Source of the DNA: Vulcanimicrobiota bacterium
GTDB taxonomy: Bacteria > Vulcanimicrobiota > Vulcanimicrobiia > Vulcanimicrobiales > Vulcanimicrobiaceae
NCBI GenBank assembly: GCA_963733295.1
Contig: CAVTCS010000003.1
Location: forward strand, 2,624,001 to 2,688,000
Length of the DNA: 64,000 nucleotides
Direction: 5' to 3'
The translations under genes were made by a program, and so were the position numbers. Below are positions 8,572 to 17,696 of the stretch, one piece after another (within the stretch, counting starts at the first letter, position 1; every line of letters begins with the position of its first letter). The notes beneath the pieces are model-generated. The model saw nothing but the letters and a program-made list of their open reading frames with translations. It was not told the origin of the DNA and did no database searches.

Positions 8572-8922
8572 TCATTCGAGAGTCAGGCGATCGCCGACGA
8601 GCACGTCGCGGCCGACTTCCGGACCCGCGCCGAGTTCGACGACGGAAGCCGAATCGCGGCACGAAAAAGCCAAACGGTTCGGCTTCGCCGCATGCACGAT
8701 GCGCAGCACCTTTCCGTCCTTATCGAGGAAAAATAAATCGATCGTCGCGCGCATTCCCATCGTGTGCACCGCCGAGCACCCGTCGATCCATAAGCCCTCG
8801 TCGGGCGAGACCGTACCGTGCCCCAGAAGGCCCACGCCGCGCGTCCAAAAGTTCGTCGCGCGCGCGATGCGCGTTGCGATCACTTTGCCGTTGGTGGTGT
8901 TGCGTAAGACGTGAACGTTCAC
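8572..8922 (-). CDS. DUF192 family protein
   Basis: R..GLLG...EGLWI..CSAVHTMGM..IDLFFLD...VVEL motif. Confidence 0.88.
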   Translation of the reverse strand: MNVHVLRNTTNGKVIATRIARATNFWTRGVGLLGHGTVSPDEGLWIDGCSAVHTMGMRATIDLFFLDKDGKVLRIVHAAKPNRLAFSCRDSASVVELGAGPEVGRDVLVGDRLTLE

Positions 8923-8932
8923 TCGATCGCGC

Positions 8933-9550
8933 TCACGGGAAAACGTTGAAGGTCAGCGCCGCGCCGATGGCGCCGGCGAGGTACGGAGCGAACGCGATCG
9001 GTTCGCCTTTCCGTTTGCGGATCAAGGTGACCGTCACGGCGGCGACGCAGGCCAACGCGCAAGCCACGATCGCGACCGGCAGCCCCAGCACCGCTCCACC
9101 CAGCGCAACCAGCTTGACGTCGCCCCAGCCCATCCCCAGACCCTTTGAGAGCAGCGCCGCGACGGCGAACGGCGCCGTCACGATCAGCGACGAGAGGATG
9201 ATGGTCCACTCCCGCGTGACGAGCGCGATCGCGAACACGATGATCAAGGGGACGACGGTAAAGTAATCGGGCACGATTCCACAGCGTACGTCGCTGTACG
9301 AGCTCGCGACCAGCGCGACGCAAACGACGCCGATGATGAGCAGCGCCGGAATCGTCGCTCCTCGCCATGCGAGCCAGCCGCCCAGCAGCCCGCTGCACAC
9401 GATCAGGAGTTCGACCGGCGGCCGCCCCGGGCGCGGCCCGTCGTCAAAAGGCGTGAAGTCGCGGCAGATCGCGGCGCTGAATTGAATGCCTAAAAAGGCC
9501 GCGGACGCATAGACGACCGCGCTCACCGCGACGAGCCAGATCGGGCTCAT
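8933..9550 (-). CDS. Prepilin peptidase (A24), PilD-like but without the N-terminal Zn/methylase domain
   Basis: Two catalytic Asp contexts (YSDVR..IVPD and GMGWGDVKL) and C-terminal FAPYL. Confidence 0.85.
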   Translation of the reverse strand: MSPIWLVAVSAVVYASAAFLGIQFSAAICRDFTPFDDGPRPGRPPVELLIVCSGLLGGWLAWRGATIPALLIIGVVCVALVASSYSDVRCGIVPDYFTVVPLIIVFAIALVTREWTIILSSLIVTAPFAVAALLSKGLGMGWGDVKLVALGGAVLGLPVAIVACALACVAAVTVTLIRKRKGEPIAFAPYLAGAIGAALTFNVFP

Positions 9551-10413
9551 TTCGATAGATACTGTGCAACGACTCCGCCGAAGATCATGACGAAGAGCGC
9601 CGGAAGCATGAACAGCGCCATCGGAATGACCATCTTCGTCGGCATCAAATTCGCGATCTCTTCGGCGCGAATGATGCGCCGGTTCCGCGTTTCGTCGGCG
9701 AGTTCTTCGAGAACCTGCGCCAAGTTCGAACCCAAACGTTCGGCTTGAACGATCGCGGTAACCGCCGTCGAAACCTGCTCCTGCCTGATTCGCGAAGCCA
9801 TCGACTTGAGCGCGTCGGCCCGCGAGCGCCCCAAGCGAATTTCCGACAGCACGGCTTTGACCTCTTCACCGAGCGGGCCCACCGCGACTTCTTGCGCGTA
9901 ATTGAGCGCCGCGTTGAAAGCGAGACCGGCTTGAACCGTCGAGGCGAGCATGTCGAGCAGGTCGGGCAGGGCACGCTGAATCGCGCGTTTGCGCGAGGTG
10001 ACCGCCGACTTCAGCTGCGAGAGCGGGAAGTAGGCGCCGATGATCGTGAGCAGCAAGATGCCGCCCACGTAGAGCACGTCGAAGTGGCCGAAATACGTCG
10101 CGATCGCCAAGCCCAGCGTAAACCCGAAGGTCGCACCGGCGACGATGCGGGCGCCGATCTGGCCCGGCGTGACTTTATACCACCCCGCCTCGAACAGTTG
10201 CTGCTGCAAGCGCGTGCGCTGCTCGCTGCTGAAGAGCTTGTCGAAGGCTTGCGCTCGATTCGAGCCCGGTTCCCATTTGAGGCCCTCGAGTTCTTCGAGG
10301 CGCTTGGTGACGTCGCTCTTGCTCGGAACGAGCGAGATCGCGACGAGGCCCGTCGCGGTCGCAAAGCCGACCGCGATGAACAAGATGATGAGCGGCAGTC
10401 CGAAGATGTGCAT
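9547..10413 (-). CDS. tadC: Tad pilus assembly protein TadC (T2SS F family)
   Basis: LPDLLDML...AGL, G.SR..AL, QAERLG motifs; position in the tad operon. Confidence 0.9.
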   Translation of the reverse strand: MHIFGLPLIILFIAVGFATATGLVAISLVPSKSDVTKRLEELEGLKWEPGSNRAQAFDKLFSSEQRTRLQQQLFEAGWYKVTPGQIGARIVAGATFGFTLGLAIATYFGHFDVLYVGGILLLTIIGAYFPLSQLKSAVTSRKRAIQRALPDLLDMLASTVQAGLAFNAALNYAQEVAVGPLGEEVKAVLSEIRLGRSRADALKSMASRIRQEQVSTAVTAIVQAERLGSNLAQVLEELADETRNRRIIRAEEIANLMPTKMVIPMALFMLPALFVMIFGGVVAQYLSK

Positions 10414-10421
10414 GGGTTAGC

Positions 10422-11282
10422 CTAGACGTCGAATTGAAGAATACGATAGAGCGAGACGATCGCGAGGAATTCCAGGATGGCGACGATGCCGAGCGCCATC
10501 CAGCCGACGCGCGTGTAGAGCAGCGCGTGGCCCATCTCGCCTTGCGTGAACACGACGAAGCCTCCAACGAGCAGCGGCAAGCCCCCGATGATGAAGGCGC
10601 CGAAGCGCCCTTGAGCCGTTAACGCGGCCATTTTGCGAAAAACGCGCCGCCGGTCGCGGATGGTGCTGGCCAGCTTCTCGAGCACTTTGGCCAAGTCGCC
10701 GCCGGTCGAGGATTGAACGCGCACCACGCGCGAGAACATCGTCATCTCGTGACTCGGCATGCTGGCGCAGAGTTCGTCGAGCGCGTCCACGATCGAGATC
10801 CCGATGTTGGTGCGTCCGATGATCCGCATGAACTCGCGCCGCGCCGGATCGGGCACCTCTTCGGTGACCAGGATGATCGCTTGACGCAAGCCGAGACCGA
10901 CGCGGAGTGCGCCGGCAAGCATGCGCAAGACGAGTTCGAGCTGCTGCACGAAATTGCTGATGCGCCGGTCGCCGCGCACGCGCAAATAGAACGAGCCGGC
11001 AATGATGGATAACGCCAGGAGCAGCGGCAGCAGCGCGACCGAGACGAACAGCGTCGTGCGGAACAGAAGCACCACGCCGACCCACAGAACGGTCCCGGCA
11101 CCGACGACGATGAGCGAGAACTCCTCGGCCTTGACTTGCATGTCGGCCCGGTCGAGGCGGTATTGGAAGCCTTTTCCGAACGTCTTGAACAGGCCCGAAA
11201 CGTCGCCGCCCAGCGCGAAGATCAAGAGCCCGAGGACCGCTACGACGCTGCCGCCGATGGCGTACGGGTAGTAACTTACCAC
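10422..11282 (-). CDS. tadB: Tad pilus assembly protein TadB
   Basis: ALRVGLGL.QA, TGGDLAKVL, ALTAQGR motifs. Confidence 0.9.
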   Translation of the reverse strand: MVSYYPYAIGGSVVAVLGLLIFALGGDVSGLFKTFGKGFQYRLDRADMQVKAEEFSLIVVGAGTVLWVGVVLLFRTTLFVSVALLPLLLALSIIAGSFYLRVRGDRRISNFVQQLELVLRMLAGALRVGLGLRQAIILVTEEVPDPARREFMRIIGRTNIGISIVDALDELCASMPSHEMTMFSRVVRVQSSTGGDLAKVLEKLASTIRDRRRVFRKMAALTAQGRFGAFIIGGLPLLVGGFVVFTQGEMGHALLYTRVGWMALGIVAILEFLAIVSLYRILQFDV

Positions 11283-13339
11283 AGCGTTCCCGCGGATTGC
11301 ATGCGAGCGAGCTCGCGAATGTCGAAGTCCACGCCGGACTCGTCGAAGCGCGTCGCGTAGTGCGGCTGAACGCCGGTGTACTGAAACTCGCCGAGCACCT
11401 GCCCGTCGGTGTCGATCCCGCGCGCTTGGTACCGGACGAGCTCCTGCATGGTGACGACGTCGCCTTCCATTCCGACGACCTCGGAGATGCTCGTGACCTT
11501 ACGCGTGCCGTCCTTCATGCGCGCGATCTGAATGATCGCGTCGACGGCCGAGGCGACTTGCTCGCGGATGGCGCGCACCGGAAGGTCGAAACCCGCCATC
11601 AGCACCAGCGTCTCCAAGCGCGAAAGCGCGTCGCGCGGGGTATTCGCGTGGAGCGTCGTCAGCGAACCGTCGTGACCGGTGTTCATCGCCTGCAGCATGT
11701 CGAGCGCTTCGCCGCCGCGGCACTCGCCGACGACGATCCGGTCGGGACGCATACGCAGCGAGTTTCGGACGAGGTCGCGAATCGTGATCTGCCCTCGGCC
11801 CTCGAGATTGGGCGGCCGCGATTCGAGCCGGACCACGTGATCTTGTCCGAGGCTGAGTTCGGCCGCGTCCTCGATCGTCACGATGCGTTCGGAGTTCGGG
11901 ATGTAGTTCGAGAGGATGTTCAAGAAGGTCGTTTTTCCCGAACCCGTACCTCCGCTGACCAAGATGTTGAGCCGCGACTGAACCATCGCCCGCAACAGAC
12001 CCACGCACTCCGGCGTGATCGAGCCGTACTTGAGCAGATCGTCCATCGTCAGGCGGCGCGTGCCGAAACGCCGGATCGTGAGCGTCGAACCGTCGAGCGC
12101 GAGCGGTTCGATGATCGCGTTGACGCGCGAGCCGTCGGGCAGACGCGCGTCGACCATCGGCGAGGCTTCGTCGATGCGCCGGCCGAGCGGGGCGATGATG
12201 CGCTCGATGATCGTGCGCAGATGGCGTTCGTCGTTGAAGCGCCGATCGGTCAAAGAAAGTTTGCCGCTGCGCTCGACGTAAATCGTCTCGGGTCCGTTGA
12301 CCATGATTTCGCTGACCGCCGGGTCGCGCATGAGATCTTCGAGCGGCCCGAGGCCGAGGACTTCGTCGATGATCTCTTGCTGAAGTTCTGCGCGCTCCTC
12401 GGCGTTGTCGATCTCCGGGCGCTCGGCCAGCAGCTGCGAGGTGACTTCCGCGATCTGGGCGCGCAGTTCGGCCAGCTTCTGCCCGTCGGTGTGCGCGCGG
12501 CTGGCGGCGACGACGTCGATGCGCTTGGTGATCTGCTCGTGGACTTCGGCTTTGAGGCGATTGCGCTGCTCGTTCGGCTGGCGGTACGCTTTGGATTCGA
12601 AATGACCGTTCTGCGAAACGCCGCCGGGAGTCGAAGTCGTCGAACCGATCGGAACCGAAGCCGAGGAACGCAGCTGGCTCAGCGGCGCTTCCGAGGTAAT
12701 ATCGCTGAAGCGCTTCGCGAGCAGTTCGATCGCGCGCGGATAGTTGCGGTCGGCCTTTACCGGAACCTCGCCGACGACGGTTCCGCCGAGGGCCTTTTCG
12801 AGTTCGCGGGCCGTGATCTCGGCACGTCCGCTGCGCAGGTTGGTGACGATCCAAACGCGGCCGAGCGGAACGCCGAATTTCTGTAGGTCGCCGATCAGCG
12901 TGCGCGCCGCGGCGGTGCCGAGCAGATTTGGTTCGAGGACGATCACGAAACGCGTCGCACGCGTGACGAACGGACGCACCGCCGAACTGAACGGCGTCGG
13001 CGTGTCGACGATGACCAGATCGTGCTGACGCACGAGCTTGTCGACGAGCGCGTCGACTTCGTCGACGCGAAGCGCATACGCGTTGTCGATCGTGTCGGTC
13101 AGCTCGACCGCAGTCATGCCGCCGGTTTGAATGACCGAGTAGACGCCGATCGAGCGGTTCGCGTCGAGTTGGCGAACCGAGTCGAGCAAAACCGAAAGCG
13201 TGCGCCGTCCCGACAGGTCGCCGTCGACGATCGCGACGTGACTTCCGTTGCGCCGGATTTGGCGCGCCGTCTCAACGGAGAGGGTCGTCGCGCCCGATCC
13301 GCCCTTCGCGTTGATGACGACGACGATAGGAGCGCTCAT
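11276..13339 (-). CDS. tadA: Fused TadZ/CpaE (MinD-like) and TadA/CpaF pilus ATPase
   Basis: N-terminal [10 protein letters not shown] and IVDTP; C-terminal [43 protein letters not shown]; single 687 aa ORF. Confidence 0.92.
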   Translation of the reverse strand: MSAPIVVVINAKGGSGATTLSVETARQIRRNGSHVAIVDGDLSGRRTLSVLLDSVRQLDANRSIGVYSVIQTGGMTAVELTDTIDNAYALRVDEVDALVDKLVRQHDLVIVDTPTPFSSAVRPFVTRATRFVIVLEPNLLGTAAARTLIGDLQKFGVPLGRVWIVTNLRSGRAEITARELEKALGGTVVGEVPVKADRNYPRAIELLAKRFSDITSEAPLSQLRSSASVPIGSTTSTPGGVSQNGHFESKAYRQPNEQRNRLKAEVHEQITKRIDVVAASRAHTDGQKLAELRAQIAEVTSQLLAERPEIDNAEERAELQQEIIDEVLGLGPLEDLMRDPAVSEIMVNGPETIYVERSGKLSLTDRRFNDERHLRTIIERIIAPLGRRIDEASPMVDARLPDGSRVNAIIEPLALDGSTLTIRRFGTRRLTMDDLLKYGSITPECVGLLRAMVQSRLNILVSGGTGSGKTTFLNILSNYIPNSERIVTIEDAAELSLGQDHVVRLESRPPNLEGRGQITIRDLVRNSLRMRPDRIVVGECRGGEALDMLQAMNTGHDGSLTTLHANTPRDALSRLETLVLMAGFDLPVRAIREQVASAVDAIIQIARMKDGTRKVTSISEVVGMEGDVVTMQELVRYQARGIDTDGQVLGEFQYTGVQPHYATRFDESGVDFDIRELARMQSAGTLW

Positions 13340-14172
13340 ATGCCTTCTGCGGTAATCTTATCGCCGTCGATCATTTGAACTGGTGACCTCACGCCGGGGA
13401 TGCGCGCCGGCACCGTCGGCGGCGGAACGTTGGCGGGTTTTGCCGCCGGACCACCGTTGCCCCCACCCAAATCGTTGAAGGTGAGTTCGTCCGCAGGCAG
13501 CGAGCGAACCGCCTCCTGCGGCGAGCGGAGCGCGAGCCGCAACGTCGTGTTGAGGTCGGCCGTCGTCAGGAGCTTCGCTTGTTCGGGCGTGACTCCGAGC
13601 GTAATCGTTCCGGGATTCGCATTGTCCGGCGAAGGCGTCGCACCCGCTTCATCGAGCGAGTTGTTGATCGCGAGGATCATCGCGCCGCGAATGATCGCCA
13701 TCGTGCGCGGCGGCTTGCCCTGACCGCGCGGAACCGATGCTAAGACGTCGACGCGGTCGCCCGGCTGGATCAAACCGGAAACGGCTTTGATGCGGTCGCC
13801 CGGAATCGTCAGCGCGCGCTCGCCGGTCTTCAGTCGCACCGTCAGGCCGACTTCGGCGGGACGTCCGACCTTCGTTTCGGTGATCGTCGAGCCCGACGGA
13901 ATGGTGATGAGCGCGATGTCGCCTTCGGCTTGCTTCGGATCGCTCAGCGCTCCGGGTTCGACTTCGTTTCCCGGCCGAACGGTACGAGTTAGCATGTCGG
14001 GCGTAATCTTGGCGCGCGCGGGGATGTCGCGGTTGGCTACGATGATCGGACGGTTCTCGACCTGCTGGACCTGCTGCTGTTGCTGAATCGACGAGAGATA
14101 GCGCAGCGTCAGAATGCCGGTTCCGATAGCGAGCACGACGGCGACGAGTAGCGTAATGCGGCGGGTATTCAC
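13336..14172 (-). CDS. cpaB: Flp pilus assembly protein CpaB/RcpC
   Basis: N-terminal TM, SAF domain (VANRDIPA), GLIQPGDRVDV, LALRS. Confidence 0.92.
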   Translation of the reverse strand: MNTRRITLLVAVVLAIGTGILTLRYLSSIQQQQQVQQVENRPIIVANRDIPARAKITPDMLTRTVRPGNEVEPGALSDPKQAEGDIALITIPSGSTITETKVGRPAEVGLTVRLKTGERALTIPGDRIKAVSGLIQPGDRVDVLASVPRGQGKPPRTMAIIRGAMILAINNSLDEAGATPSPDNANPGTITLGVTPEQAKLLTTADLNTTLRLALRSPQEAVRSLPADELTFNDLGGGNGGPAAKPANVPPPTVPARIPGVRSPVQMIDGDKITAEGI

Positions 14173-14693
14173 AGAGGAAGCCTCAAGAATGGTGCGGCGG
14201 TGTGGGACAGGGCCACGGCGACCGCACCCGTCGCGATCGCAACCGCGTACGGGAGGGTTACCGATTCCTTCGGGGTTACCGCGACTGTGCCCTTATAGGC
14301 AAGCGGGCGCAGCAAGAGTGTGACGGAGCGGAGGACGCTGCGCAGGCGTCCCGTCGCGGTGGCGACGACGAGCGCCAGAACCCCGCCCCCGAGCGCCGTG
14401 TAGATCAAGAACGGGACGGCGTCGGGAAAGCCAAAAGCAGCCGCCGACGCGGCCGCTAGTTTGACGTCGCCGCCACCTAGCCAGCCCATCGAAAAAGCGA
14501 GAAAACCGAGGAAAAGCACGACGAGCAGAGCGAGCAGCGAGGCCAGCAACTCGCGCCAGCCATGCAGCGCGTGGAAGAGCAGCGCCGCTGCAGCCAGCAC
14601 GCCGGTCAGCCAATTCGGGATGCGGCGCGTCGTCAGGTCGGTGGCGACCGCGATCGCACAGGCCGCGAGCACGAACCAAATCGCGAGGGTCAT
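14169..14693 (-). CDS. cpaA: Flp prepilin peptidase CpaA/TadV
   Basis: TDLTTRRIPNWL, LGGGDVKL, LPYAVAI. Confidence 0.9.
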   Translation of the reverse strand: MTLAIWFVLAACAIAVATDLTTRRIPNWLTGVLAAAALLFHALHGWRELLASLLALLVVLFLGFLAFSMGWLGGGDVKLAAASAAAFGFPDAVPFLIYTALGGGVLALVVATATGRLRSVLRSVTLLLRPLAYKGTVAVTPKESVTLPYAVAIATGAVAVALSHTAAPFLRLPL

Positions 14694-14720
14694 CGGCCGG
14701 CGCTCATGCGGAAGGAGCGG

Positions 14721-14897
14721 TTAAGGCTCGACGTTTGCGATCGCGCTCGCGGAGGTCCAGGCCGTTGCATTGGCCCCGTTTCCGAGAAAGACGAGCGCAG
14801 TTATGGCCGCCAGGGCCACCAGTCCGAGGACGAGCGCATATTCAACGAGGCCTTGCCCACGGCGGTCCTTGACGATCGATCGGGATTTCTTTGCCAT
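14721..14897 (-). CDS. flp: Flp family type IVc pilin (second copy)
   Basis: MAKKSRSIVKDRRG|QGLVEYALVLGLVALAAI, the Flp motif G-x4-EY. Confidence 0.85.
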   Translation of the reverse strand: MAKKSRSIVKDRRGQGLVEYALVLGLVALAAITALVFLGNGANATAWTSASAIANVEP

Positions 14898-15039
14898 GGA
14901 AACGGCGCCTCGCAATGTTGGGGGAATCGACCACCCGTCGTGGCGGCCCGATGGGTGCCCGAGCGAACGACGAAATAGAAGTCTTGAACGGATCGAACGT
15001 TCGGATCCCGTACCGCGCGATACGAACGAAGAGAATGGA

Positions 15040-15067
15040 CTCCGCGGCTGCAGGGCCAGCCGCGGAG
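15040..15067 (-). terminator. Strong hairpin just after the first flp (terminator/attenuator or mRNA stabiliser)
   Basis: Perfect 11-bp stem CTCCGCGGCTG/CAGCCGCGGAG with a 6-nt loop, 14 nt past the flp stop, followed by a pyrimidine-rich tract on the minus strand. Confidence 0.7.
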
Positions 15068-15081
15068 ACCGTACTGCCGGT

Positions 15082-15246
15082 TTAGCTGAGCTGGGATGCC
15101 GCGTTGTTCAGCGTGTTGCTGGCCTTGCCGCCCAACAGCCGCAGCGCCGCGATCGCGACGATCGAGACGAGGGCAATGATCAGGGCGTACTCGACGAGGC
15201 CCTGGCCTTCGTCATTGCGGAGCATGGCGGTGAAATTCTTAAGCAC
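15082..15246 (-). CDS. flp: Flp family type IVc pilin (probable major pilin, 54 aa)
   Basis: Not in the ORF track. GTG start after AAGGAG; MLKNFTAMLRNDEG|QGLVEYALIIALVSIVAIAALRLLGGKASNTLNNAASQLS. Confidence 0.92.
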   Translation of the reverse strand: MLKNFTAMLRNDEGQGLVEYALIIALVSIVAIAALRLLGGKASNTLNNAASQLS

Positions 15247-15294
15247 GGGTTCTCCTTGATAGCGTGAGGTGAGTAGTGAGTGAGCGGGGGAGCC

Positions 15295-16077
15295 CTACCG
15301 GTCTTCCCTAGGTATCTCATCGGACGGAACGGTCACCGTCCAGTTAGCTGGATTCATCACTATTTGGGCGGTTCGTGCCGTGATGCCCGGCACTGAGGAA
15401 ACGACGACGCTGATAATCGAGCCGGAGTAGTATCCCGGCGCTACCGATATGTCCGCATGGAAGCGGCCGTCGGCGTCGGTGGTGCTTGCCGAACGGCTCA
15501 GCACCACGTCCGGAAGCCACCTGCTGGGCGTCTGGACCAACGTTATGGTTATCGGCAGGTTGGCCGGAGCTTTACCATCGACCAAAACCCGGAACTGGCC
15601 GGGCTTCTGGGTGACCGACAGAACGCTGACCGCCCCCGATGCCCGGCCGGCGAGCCGGCCCGGACCGTTCGGGTTGACCACGACGACGGGCGGCTGGCCG
15701 GTCCCGGGGTTGGCCGGGTACTTTGCGGCGATCTGCCGCAACCGGTCCACGAACTCTTCCGAGACGTAGATCTCGTTGAGGTAGAAATACGGCGGGTTCC
15801 CCGTCATCGACTCGGTCTTATCGTTGACGTAGAACAGGATGTCGGACGGCCTCACCAAGACGGTGACGCCCGGCCGATAGAGCGATACGGCGTTTTCGGG
15901 GCCCAAGTAGGCGTACTTGTAGCCCAGCTCGGCCGCGACTTTGGAAAGGGCGTACCCTTCCTCTGCCCGGACCGCGGCCGGAGCCAGGGTCGAGGCGAAG
16001 ATGGTTAGGGCGGCACCCACCGCGAGACGATTCAAGAGTTCCCTCCGCTTCCGCACTTTATGCGTTGGGCTATCCAA
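15295..16077 (-). CDS. Exported hypothetical protein; N-terminal region resembles a copper amine oxidase N-terminal/stalk domain
   Basis: Signal peptide ending AVRA; VAAELGYKYAY...YVNDK...EIYVSEEF pattern; start uncertain. Confidence 0.6.
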   Translation of the reverse strand: MDSPTHKVRKRRELLNRLAVGAALTIFASTLAPAAVRAEEGYALSKVAAELGYKYAYLGPENAVSLYRPGVTVLVRPSDILFYVNDKTESMTGNPPYFYLNEIYVSEEFVDRLRQIAAKYPANPGTGQPPVVVVNPNGPGRLAGRASGAVSVLSVTQKPGQFRVLVDGKAPANLPITITLVQTPSRWLPDVVLSRSASTTDADGRFHADISVAPGYYSGSIISVVVSSVPGITARTAQIVMNPANWTVTVPSDEIPREDR

Positions 16078-16218
16078 GACGCAATGCTTTGCACTAATAT
16101 TTTACAGGACGATCACGCGGTGTTGACGCGTTAACGCCGATAAAGTGATAACAGTTATAGAACGTTTCGAGCCCCCGGCCTCGAAACCTTAGCCTCCACG
16201 ACCCTTGGAGCACCTCTG
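16078..16218. promoter_or_regulatory. AT-rich divergent promoter region of the Tad locus
   Basis: TTGACG at 16123 and AT-rich tracts between divergent genes; inverted repeat GTTTCGAG/CTCGAAAC at 16164-16187. Confidence 0.5.
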
Positions 16219-17685
16219 ATGACCAAGCAGATTCGGGCCGTTTTGGCCAGCGCGGCACTGGCTTTGGCGTTTTTGGGCGGCGGCGGTCCCGCCGCGGCGG
16301 AATCGACCTCGATCATCGCCGTCCAGACCTTCCACTCGATCATCCTCAATACACCGGGTCTTACGCGCATCGCCATCGGCGACGGGCGGATCGCCGGCGT
16401 CGTGCCGATCGGCACGAATCAGCTCCTGATCAACGGAAAGTCCCTCGGCCACACGACCCTTATGGTCTGGCAGGGTTCGAGGCGGACCGACTACGAGATC
16501 ACGGTCACCGAGTCGGGCGCCGACGACATCGCCCAGATCCTGCGCGCGGCAATCAACGAGCCGGGCGTCGAAGTCGTCGAAGTCGACTACAACTTCATCA
16601 TTCGCGGCACCGTACCCGACGTCGAAGCATACCGCCACCTCAACGACGTCATCGGCAACTTCAAGGGAATGAAGTTCAAGGGCACCACCGATCACGACAT
16701 CACCGTCGTGAACGCGGTCCAAATCGCCAAACCGCTCGGCAACCTCCAAGACGAGATCGCGACGGTCCCCGGCACGCATGGAGTCCGGGTCGATGCGGAC
16801 GGTCAGGGCAACGTCGTGGTGAGCGGCACGGTTCACGATCGGACCGAGGCCGAACAAGTTTTGGACAAAGTCCGCGGCCTGGCCGGACCCTATCTCGCCA
16901 GCAACGGGCACGTCATCGATCGGCTCGCCTCGGAGACGACGAGCCAAATCGACGTCAAGGTCTACGTCCTCGAAGTCGACAAGACCGCAAACTCGCAACT
17001 GGGTTTGAGCCTGCAAACTGCCACGATCGGCGGAAGCTCGGCGAGCACCGTAACGCTGCAAGGCGTTCAGTACGGGATCTCGACCGCCAATCAGCTGGTC
17101 GCGATCGAAAACCCCGCCAACCCCTCGCAGTTCGGCAAGTGGCTCAACGTCGGTAATCTCGCGCGCGCGACCTACCTCGCGCCGACGATCAACTTGCTCT
17201 TGCAGACCGGTCACGCGCGGATCCTGTCGTCGCCGAACCTCGTCACGAAGCCCGGCTACCAGGCGACGTTTCTGGTCGGCGGCCAAATTCCGATCCCCGT
17301 CTCGAACGGTCTCGGAACCGTCACGATCACGTACAAGACGTTCGGCGTTCAGCTGACCGTAACGCCCACACTGCTGGGCAACGGCGGGGTCGAGTCGGTC
17401 ATCGCACCGGAAATCTCGCAGCTCGATTTCGCCGACGGGATCACGCTCAACGGCTTCGTCGTCCCGGCATTCAAAACGAGTCAGCTCACGACCGACATCG
17501 TGACGCAAAGCGGCGAGAGCATCGTCATGGGCGGCCTCGTGGACCGCCTCGAGTCGCGCGTGCTCAACAAGATCCCGATCCTCGGCGATCTCCCGTTTCT
17601 CGGCCCGCTGTTCCGCTCGACTGCGTACCAGAAACAAGACACCGACGTCGTCTTCGTGTTGACGCCGACCATCGTCACCAAGTAG
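16219..17685 (+). CDS. cpaC: Tad secretin RcpA/CpaC with BON-like domains
   Basis: Signal peptide, pilus N-domain (IAIGDGRIA..GKSLGHT), secretin motifs ARILSSPNL, ATFLVGGQIPIP, KIPILGDLPFLGPLFRS. Confidence 0.92.
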   Translation: MTKQIRAVLASAALALAFLGGGGPAAAESTSIIAVQTFHSIILNTPGLTRIAIGDGRIAGVVPIGTNQLLINGKSLGHTTLMVWQGSRRTDYEITVTESGADDIAQILRAAINEPGVEVVEVDYNFIIRGTVPDVEAYRHLNDVIGNFKGMKFKGTTDHDITVVNAVQIAKPLGNLQDEIATVPGTHGVRVDADGQGNVVVSGTVHDRTEAEQVLDKVRGLAGPYLASNGHVIDRLASETTSQIDVKVYVLEVDKTANSQLGLSLQTATIGGSSASTVTLQGVQYGISTANQLVAIENPANPSQFGKWLNVGNLARATYLAPTINLLLQTGHARILSSPNLVTKPGYQATFLVGGQIPIPVSNGLGTVTITYKTFGVQLTVTPTLLGNGGVESVIAPEISQLDFADGITLNGFVVPAFKTSQLTTDIVTQSGESIVMGGLVDRLESRVLNKIPILGDLPFLGPLFRSTAYQKQDTDVVFVLTPTIVTK

Positions 17686-17696
17686 CGAGCGAGGTT

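Noticed and set aside
14062..14085. Poly-Gln run in CpaB as a phase-variable repeat
   Set aside because: Short, in-frame and with mixed CAG/CAA codons; a low-complexity linker.
15264..15284. Four GTGAG pentamers upstream of the major flp
   Set aside because: Too short and irregular to call a repeat array or binding site without comparative data.
14898..15294. c-di-GMP riboswitch near the flp genes
   Set aside because: No GGCAAA..GAAA..GACGCAAAGC-type core was seen.
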